DNA from: Cladosporium halotolerans
Lineage: Eukaryota
DNA: 64,000 bases
Reading direction: 5' to 3'
NCBI RefSeq assembly: GCF_011745625.1
Contig: NW_027191452.1
Span: 1,240,001 to 1,304,000, forward strand
The notes beneath the pieces are model-generated. The model did no database searches. It was not told the origin of the DNA and was given only the letters and a program-made list of their open reading frames with translations. Each line of letters begins with the position of its first letter. The first letter of the stretch is position 1. Made by a program: the position numbers and the translations under genes. Positions 55,703 to 64,000 of the stretch are shown here, one piece after another.

Positions 55703-57660
55703 CTAGTACGACCATGGCCTTATCTGCAACGCCTCCTTTTTCTCTGGCTCTCCCTCCAACGGCGGATCCTGAAACTCCGGCAAGAGATAGAAACTCAGAT
55801 CCTCCGTCCTCACGGGATCCCTCATCTGCGTTGCACCCCACCCATTTCCCAGCCACGCCATTTCATTGACCTCCGCCCGATTCTCCTCCGGCAAATACTC
55901 ATACTCATAGTCCTCCCACCTCGGACTCCTCAAGGCCTCGATACAGTGCAGCGTCGACCCAGGCCAAAGCCCTGTAACCGTAGCGCCAGACTGGCCCTGC
56001 CCGTTTTTCTTATACCAGCTCTGGCAGTCGTCCATGAATACCGTGCCGCGGAAGTAGCTGTCGACGTAGCGCAGGAAATCCCGCACGCGCGCGCGCTTCA
56101 CGACCATGGACTTCAGGTTGTCCTTTTGCAATTTGCGAATCGCCTTGCAGATGTAGTCGCCCGTGCTCTCGATCATCATCGTCAGCGAGCCCTCGCCGAT
56201 GGCGCCGTTCGGGCCCAGCATCATGAAGTGGTTCGGGAAGCCGTCGGTCGCGAGCGAGAGGTAGTTCGTTGCGCGCTGCTGCCAGTGGTCCGTGAGTTTT
56301 GTGCCGTCGAGGCCGGCCACGGGAAAGGGGGGCGCGGAGGAGGAGTAGAATCCCGTTGCGCAGACGAGCGCGTCGATCTCGTGCAATTCGCCGTCGGTCG
56401 TGACGACGCCGCGAGGCTCGATGCGGTCGATCGTGTCTTTGACGTACTCGACGTTGTCTTCGACGAGGGCTTCGAGGAAGCCTGGGCCGGGCGTCAGGCG
56501 CCTGCAGCCGGGGGAGAAGGAGGGTTTGAGCGAGTCCATGTAGTGCGGCTTCTTGGCCAAGCGGTCTTTCATGCCTTGCTCGAACATCGCCTGCGCGCCC
56601 TTTTGCATCTCGGTGCCTTTGAGAGTGATGCTGTGCACGTTGTTGGCATCCGCTTCGATTTTCATCCGGAACTTAAGCCAGGCTTCTGGGTCGGCGTTGA
56701 ACCGCTCGATTTGGTCTTTGTTGAAGTATATGCTCTCTAGGCCGAGCTCGTCTTGCGATTTCTGACCCAGGGGTGGTGAAATCCATGTTCGGCCGCGGAT
56801 GAAGCAGCTCAGCTGAGCACCGGGAGCCTGCTGCAGCTTGGGGATAATCTGTATGGCACTGCTGCCAAGCCCGATGATGCCGACCTTCTTGTCCTTGAAG
56901 TCATAGTCCTCGTTCCATCCAGCTGAATGCATGATCTCTCCTTTGAAGTCCCAGAGCCCGTCTATACTCGGCCATTGCTTGTTGTTCAACAGACCTCGAG
57001 CGCTGATGAGCATGTCCGATGTGTCCTCCAATACACTGCCGTCCGGCTGCCTGACGGTCACATGCCATTTTCCCTCATCTTCATCCCACCGGCAGCCGGT
57101 GACCTCATGCTCGAGCTTCGTAAAGCGATTGACGCCGTACTTCTCCGCCGTTGACTCCAGATATCCACGGATCTCGTTCGAAGGCGCATAGAGCGCTGAC
57201 CAGTCATGTTTGGGGTTGAAAGAGAACTGGTACGAATGTGAAGGCACGTCACAGGCTGCGCCTGGGTAGCGATTCTCATGCCTATTGCTCAGTCAGCCTA
57301 ATGTGACGTTGCTATTGCACGATTGCATCAGACATACCATGCGCCGCCGACACCCTTGTTCTTCTCGTAAATGACCAGCTCACAGTTGCGCAACCTCTCC
57401 GGTATCCTGATACCAAGATAAATGCCACTGTACCCGGCTCCAATGACAATGACGCGGATGGGCCTCTGGTTCTCTATCGGTGTATCGTGTATGGTCCATT
57501 GGTCCGTCGTACCGTTCACACCGTTCGCGACTTTCGAGTCAACTCGCTGAAGCTTATCCGCGGTCATCTGCTTGTTCCTCAACAAGTGCTTCAGCGCAGC
57601 GTCCGCCGTCGACTCTTCCCGAGCTTGGACGGACTCTGGCACGTTAGGAATGGCGGACAT
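55703..57660 (-). CDS. Baeyer-Villiger / flavin-containing monooxygenase
   Basis: Exons 57660-57338 and 57281-55703. Rossmann motifs GAGYSG and GLGSSA, GGAWHENRYPGAACD, fingerprint FKGEIMHSAGW and CATGF. Confidence 0.94.
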
Positions 57661-58497
57661 GGTGAGATGCAAAGCGTCAGATGCGAATCAAAGAAACGAG
57701 ACGACAAGAGAAAGGAAAGAGACCCTCACAGTAGGAGACGCATCCTGTACCCACCAGCGGGGGGCATTCTGCCGGCTACCGTGCCTCCCATCGAGACTCC
57801 TTCGGCAGTTACACGAGTAACGAAAGTGAGGCGGTCCTCGGGCGATCGTCCCGCACTCTGCTGCCCCTCCACGAGATGGACCCGCTCTTTGCCCCACGTG
57901 AAGGTGCCTGATTGCGGAGAAACGGACAAGGGCCTGCCGGCTCGGTCGGCCTGCGCTCAAGAGTTGGGTTTAGGGCTCATGCATACGGGGTCACGTTTGG
58001 TCAGGAATCGAGACTCGTAGTCAGTGGAGAGCAAGCTGAGTTTCGCGGACGCTTACGCACAGCATGTCGATCAATGGCAGTGGACACGCGCTGACTCGTG
58101 CCGATGAACGATATCATGACTCCGCAACGGTGGAGCTCAGCGGCGGGGCACGTCGACCTCATCCTTATGCCGCTGCTGTCACTGCCCGTATGTGAGCCGT
58201 GAGAAGTACCGGCCTCGTCGGCAGCATATGCAGCGCGTGGCTCATGCAAGCCATCTGCAAGATGGCAAGGTTCCGTGAAGTGCGGGGATGGCTGGGAACC
58301 AAGACTGGGGAAAACAGCCGATGCTGTAAGCTGCTGAGGCTGTTCGAAAGCAGACATGACTGCCGGCGAATTCTTGAGGCCGGTGTCACGAGCAAAACAA
58401 GGCTTATCAAGGGGCGAATTTTCAAGGCAGTATAGGTACATATGATTCCAAAGGGGTATCTCTTCAATTCATATCCAAATAAGCTACAACAGGAAGC

Positions 58498-60527
58498 CTA
58501 AGGGCTCATGGCACCGTTGGCGTGGACTTCATCGCCCGCGGACAAGGGCGGCCTGAAAGAGATGACGGCAATCTGGGCATGTAATTAGCATGGCAATAGA
58601 TATCAAGCGCGCAGAAAGAACGACGTACCTGCTTTTCGACAGCGAAGCCCAACCTCTCGCCGTCCGAGCTCCAGCTTAAGCTGGGCTCACTGAGAGCCTC
58701 GGTCTCATCTTGGTGATCTCCGTTGGTCGAGCCGTTGACCTCAGCCGGTTGCCTCCAAGTGACTAAAGCCCGCGTATCGACTGCGTTGAGATTCTCGTTG
58801 TCGATGCGCCATATGCGAACTGTGTCCGCACCTCCGAGAGCCAGGTGGTTTCCATCCGGTGACCATGAGAGAGCAAGTGCTGGATTTTGTCCAAGTTCCA
58901 GGGTCACCAGTCGCTCAAAGGCGACAGTACCTTCTGAAAGCGACAGTGCGTACAGAATGGCGGTCCCATCCTCAAAGGACGCAGCCAAGATGCTCTTGCC
59001 TGCTGTCGGCTCATCCTCTGAAGAGTCCTTCCGTGGCTGCAAAGCCAAAGCGAACAGTTTCTCCGGAATCTCAAGTTCGACTGTATGAGATGCCTTGCCT
59101 GTTGCAGAGTTGGGGCCGACGTAGGCAGCCAACTTCTTTTCAGTCGTAGAGGCGAAGATGTGAAGTCCAAGCTGCGCGTCGAACCTGACCTTGTCCCACT
59201 TGGTAACATTAGGCGCGATCTCCAGAGATTGCTCTGCAAGATTATGTATCGCGACGGATTCCGGCGTGAAGCCATTCGTGAGAGGCTCCTCTGACTTCAG
59301 GAGTTTGTACAGCTTGGTGATTCCTTGATCACCGCACACCAGAAATGAGCTCTCGTTCGTCCAAGTCGCATCCGTCACCTGGTGCTCAAAGATTCGCCAA
59401 GCAACAGGCTCCTTCCTCAAGTGTGCCTTTTCTGCATCTGTCGGCGTCTCATATACTTGGACAAGGCCGCGCTTAAGGTTTGTCCGTGCCACAAGAATGT
59501 GATCGCCCGATGCACTGTAGCGGATACATGTGACGAGTCCAGGAGGGTCCAGCAAGGGAAGGCTAGAGGGGTAAACGACAGTTCCAAAATCCCGGCCTAT
59601 GTCCATGAGCGTCTGAGTAGACGGCTGCTTGTCGCCCGGCAGGTCTCGCAAGGTATCCACTGCGCAAGTTGCCATGCGCCCGTTGGGGTGCCACGCTGAC
59701 GCAGTGATTATCGAATTTGGTGAAATTGAAGGTTCGTCCACGTGCTCAATGGTTTTAAGGTCGCCGTCTTCCAAGTTTGGAACGCGATAGTACCGGCAAA
59801 GACCTTCCCCAACAGCGAACAAAGTCGAGAACCCTTTCGAGTCTTCACTGGGGCTCCAGCTCGAATGGAAAACTTTCGCCTCTGGTTTAGAAACACGGAA
59901 CGAAATGGTGCTGGTCTTAGGACCCCGGCGCACTTCGGTCTGCGTTGCTACGTCCAGGCTGTCGTAACGCTCAGCAGGAGCTTCAGTGGCATCATCTGAG
60001 CCTGCTTCTGGAGAAGCAGCTTCAGCATCCTCGTCTCCCTCGCCGACTGATGGCGATGCAGCGTCAACGTCCATTGCGTCTCTGTCCCCATTGACATGCA
60101 CCGCTTCGGGCCGAGGGCTGAACCTCTGCCTTTTTGCGGCCGGTGTGGGGAACTCGTCCGGTGCTCTCATTCCGCCGGGTGGTAGTAGTCTGCCCTTCCT
60201 TTTGCCGCTGCTAGGCGGGCGGCTGCCGTTTTCCCCGCCTTCTTCCATGTTCTCGCTGGTCGCGTCCATCGTCCAGCGGAAGCGGCGCTCGTTGCGCCCA
60301 ACGCGCGCTTGCAATTCATCGTGCGCAAGCCCGTCCTGAATCACTGACACAAGCTCGTAGTGACGGACAGTGGGAGTGAATGGAAGGTCTTCTGGGTCGC
60401 GATACTCGCGCGGACGGTGCCAGTCTTTGTAGAACGCACGTGCTGTCGTTTCATGGCCGGATTCCTGCAGGTATCGGAGAATGAGATAGTTGATGTGGTC
60501 GGAAGAGAGGGCGCCGGGCTGCGCCAT
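58498..60527 (-). CDS. SIF2: LisH + WD40 protein, Sif2/TBL1-like (Set3 complex)
   Basis: N-terminal LisH motif LSSDHINYLILRYLQESGHETTARAF..L...IQDGL followed by degenerate WD40 repeats (LSWSPDGNHLALGG). Exons 60527-58629 and 58572-58498. Confidence 0.78.
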
Positions 60528-61330
60528 GGCTGGTCGATGCGGTCGTCGAGTGCGACGTGCTCATGCGGATGCAGTGGTTGCCTGTCCGTCAGGAGTCTTC
60601 GACACGGAATTGTCAGCAAGCAATCTGGACGCGGAAGTCAATGCGCGCACTGTATGCCGGTCAGCAGGCGACGCAATGCAGTGGATGTTGCAGTAGTGGA
60701 AGTCGGCGAAGACACGCGCGAGTCGGCGCCGCGGAGTTGGGCTGGGCTTGGCACATGCTTCGTGGAGAAGATTAGCGCCTGGAGAGTGACGAGCAGATCG
60801 GGGGTTGCAACGGCAAAGATTTGCAGTCATGCGGCGAATGCATCACGTTGAGCTCGAATGAATGTGAAGTCGCGATACTTAACATTATCCATCTACAGGG
60901 CGAAGTAAGTGGCTGGCAGTCAAGGTACCTCGGTGTAATGCCATTCAACAAGTCATGTACCACGAAAGCTTCATCTCGAGTTCATGGTAGGACAAGACGA
61001 GCAGAGCGCATTGTCTTCGTCTCAATCGCATTATGAAGTGAGGTGGCTACAGAAGATCTGAGCATGGTTGTTGCCTGCTGACTGAATGGCTGACCTCGTC
61101 GTGCTGAGGTGTGGACACGCGCTCACCCTCCATCAAACGTGCCGGCTTCAACAGGGCTGCGCATCCACGTTGCGTTAGCGCGAAGGATCTCCCCAAAGCC
61201 CTGCGCGTCGCCGGCCAATCGTGCTGCGACCCTGATTCGCCAGCTCTCACTACTTCTCTAGGCAAGCCAGCCATCACGCCGACATCGTTTCTCTGTGCTG
61301 GTTCAAGACTTACAACAAGTACTATTTATC

Positions 61331-62513
61331 ATGCCGCCTCGGATCAATCTTCCGCCTCTGACCCGCGCTCTTCTGCTCACGCTTCTCGTTTTGTCTTCTC
61401 TGAATTCCTATCTCCGATTCCGTTCTTGGTCTTCCAGCACACCTGACAACGACTCGACGGCCCCGTCGATATATCTAACTTCGCCACGATGGGCGATACC
61501 ATATCTGGTGCTGATCCCAGCTCAGTCGATTAAATACCCCTGGACATTTCTCACCAGTGCGATAATCGAGAACAACATCGTGTCTCTCGTCATCTCATCT
61601 GCCGTGGTGTACTTCGGCGGTAAATACCTCGAGCGAGCATGGGGCGGTCAGGAGTTTGCGAAATTTGTCTTATTCGTAACGATGATTCCGAACATTGTCA
61701 CTTTCATCCTCTATGTCCTGTGGCACGGCGTGACATCTCACACGCCTGAGTAGTAAGTTTGAAAAACATATCGCCTTGACCGCCCGCGTGCTAACCGCGA
61801 TATCTAGCCCTACTCCAATCAATGGTCTCCTGGCTCTAAGCGCAGCATTCCTCGTCTCACTCAAGCAGCTTGTACCAGAACATACCGTCAGCCTTTTCAA
61901 CTCCCTCGTGCGCATCCGCATCAAGCATTTCCCCGCCCTCTTCGTGCTGGCGAACATGCTTTCCGGGCCTTTACTCGGAACTGACACTGCAACCTGGCTC
62001 TCGCTTTTCGGTTTCCTAACTGGCTGGCTATACTTACGCTTCTACCGCATCTCGGACATCGGCGCGACGGAATCCGCAACTGGTGGCGAGGGGAGCATCA
62101 TGAAAGGCGACCCGAGCGAGACCTTCGCCTTCGTCTCATTCTTCCCGGATATCTTCCATCCAATTTTGGCCCCGATCTGCGACTCGGTCTACGATGCACT
62201 GGTGCAGCTGAAGCTCTGCACTCCCTTCTCGGACTCTGCGATCGAAGCTGCTACAGAAAGCGCTGCTTCGAGGTCTGAGGGAGGCCTGCCAAGTGTTATG
62301 AGACAGGGCGGTGGCGGTGGTGGCGGAAAGAGAGCTGAGGCTGAGCGGAGAAGGGCGCTGGCTCTTAAGGCTTTGGATCAGAGGCTGAACGCTGCCGCTG
62401 CGAGTCGCAGTGCCAACGAGCCAGCCGCCGGGACGTCCGATGTAGCGCCGGAAGCTGTGCCTAATTCTGCGGAAGTCAAGAACTCCAAAGCGGCGGGTGG
62501 AGTGCAGGCGTGA
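61331..62513 (+). CDS. TMEM115/DUF1751 rhomboid-like membrane protein
   Basis: Exons 61331-61752 and 61808-62513. Motifs YPWTFLT, GKYLERAWG..EF.KF, LKQLVPEH, WLYLRFY, GDPSETFAF..FFP and AERRRALALKALDQRL. Confidence 0.92.
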
Positions 62514-62892
62514 GTAGCAGCTTTTGGCTGAAGATTGCTGCGTTTCCAGCGATATATCTAGCGTATAATCCTACATTTTCCGCATGCATGCGTTTCCGAC
62601 TCTAATGTACATTTATATTGGTCTGATAGACAAGCACAGCCTCTCGGGTTATGTGTTTGACCGGCGAGGTTGGCTCTCTCATTCAGCTCTTGCCTCTTCA
62701 GCCACAAGAGATACAGCGGTCCCGTAGTCTCTTTGAGGTTGCCGTCTTCACTCCACTTCAAACCTCCCCACACCTTCCCTCCCCAAATCACCACCTCCCA
62801 TCTTCCCGCAACAAAAAACTCCCAGCGCCATTGCCATGCATTAAAGTATCAATACTCACATCCAGTCTCCCATCCAATCGCATCTCCCACGC

Positions 62893-63162
62893 TCATCTCC
62901 TCATCTCCGCCGCCCTCCTCTCAACCCAAAACCCGCTCTCCGGCCTCCGCAGCTCCTTCATCTCCTGCTTGCTCAGCCGCTGATCCACCTCCTGCACATC
63001 CACAAGCTCCTTGACGGCGAAAATTTGGCCCGCGATGTCCGGCGACACGGGGTGGTAGACGGTGCGCAGCCGCTTGTGCAGGCCCAGCGCTTTCAGCACG
63101 CCGCTGGTCTTCGCGGGCAGGCCGATGGCGCTGCGCATGAGGGTGACGCGGAAGAAGGACAT
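62893..63162 (-). CDS. MRPL33: Mitochondrial ribosomal protein uL30m
   Basis: [42 protein letters not shown]. Confidence 0.95.
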   Translation of the reverse strand: MSFFRVTLMRSAIGLPAKTSGVLKALGLHKRLRTVYHPVSPDIAGQIFAVKELVDVQEVDQRLSKQEMKELRRPESGFWVERRAAEMRR

Positions 63163-63625
63163 GTTGGGCGGTATGTTGGGTTGTTTGAAGGAGGCTTGGT
63201 CTGGCGGTTGGTGTTAGTTTCCTGATGGTAGTTTTGAGATGGGCGAGGGATGGGCGGACTTTTTGGCTGGGGGGTTTCCGGGGCGAGAAGTTATTTCGGG
63301 GCTAGTTTAGGTTCCGAACGAGCAGTGCGGTCGTAGAGGCGAGTTTGACCGGTATTTAGGTATTATGTCAAGCGGTTGATCTCTTGTCGCATGCCATTCC
63401 CGCTCCTTCTCCGCTCGCAAGTCTTCGAATCCGGCGCAAGCAAGCTTTGCGGAACGTGCCGAGCGAGGGCCGTTTGGCGGAGAGACGATCTGGGGAGAGC
63501 GACACCTGCAGCTCGTGCCTGATCTCAAGAACACATTGAAGCTAGGTAGACATTGCGTTTGCGACACTAAACCGACCTTCCCCTCGCAAACCCAGGCGCC
63601 GGCCGCCTCTCACCCCGCCGCAACC

Positions 63626-64000
63626 ATGAACGACCCCATCCTGGAAGACACGACGTCGCGGCTGGCGGAGCTGCTCAAGCACCCGGACGACCTGGACAAG
63701 CTCCCCTCATTACGCTCCGAGTTCACGCGCAAGAAAGCCGCGATCGACGGGCAACTGAAAGTGGGACTCAAAGACCAGCTCGAGGTAACGCAGAACGGCA
63801 TGTCGAGCATCGTCGAGGGCCAGAAGATAGTGGGCTCGATCAAGGACGAGATGATGAAGATCGACAAGCTGTGCGCCGAGGCGCAGGGCATGATCCGCGA
63901 CTTCCCCGAGATCAATCGCATGAGCGTCATGCAGCGCAACTTCGCGGCCGTCGAGAGCATGAAGGACGCGATTGGGGGGTTCGGGGCGCGGTTGGCGGAG
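63626..64000 (+). CDS. SEC6: Exocyst subunit Sec6, 5' part (runs off the window)
   Basis: ACCATG at 63626. RLAELLKHPDDLDKLPSLRSEFTRKKAAIDGQLKVGLKDQLE matches the fungal Sec6 N-terminus. Confidence 0.9.
   Translation, partial: MNDPILEDTTSRLAELLKHPDDLDKLPSLRSEFTRKKAAIDGQLKVGLKDQLEVTQNGMSSIVEGQKIVGSIKDEMMKIDKLCAEAQGMIRDFPEINRMSVMQRNFAAVESMKDAIGGFGARLAE

Noticed and set aside
55643..56740. 365-aa antisense ORF over the BVMO gene
   Set aside because: A shadow ORF of GC3-rich coding sequence.

Overview
Gene-dense, intron-containing DNA from a filamentous ascomycete. Short GT-AG introns with CTRAC branch sites, GC-rich codons and gene content suggest a Dothideomycete, probably Capnodiales/Mycosphaerellales; the taxon is inference. 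I can support about 26 protein-coding genes and one intron-containing tRNA-Asp(GTC). Recognisable genes include a membrane DnaJ protein, RPA43, NAS2, large-subunit catalase, MDM12, a transmembrane RING-H2 ligase, NGG1/ADA3, PAH1 lipin, PAF acetylhydrolase, an 8-exon LaeA-type methyltransferase, a GH3 beta-glucosidase, three further alpha/beta hydrolases, a Tma23-like protein, a CAX exchanger, a Baeyer-Villiger monooxygenase, a SIF2/TBL1-like LisH-WD40 protein, TMEM115, MRPL33 and the start of SEC6. I saw no transposon or CRISPR. Most notable: (1) the 837-aa orphan at 2382-4895 carries coilin-like terminal signatures, and its last codons are tandemly re-duplicated past the stop; (2) a spliced 59-aa six-cysteine microprotein at 12922-13153 that the ORF track misses; (3) a spliced orphan with a myristoylation signal and a PPxY motif; (4) laeA sits in a repeat- and motif-rich, largely gene-free island with interstitial telomeric repeats; (5) a 295-nt structured intron in NGG1. 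Exon boundaries were read by eye, and family calls come from remembered motifs, not database searches.
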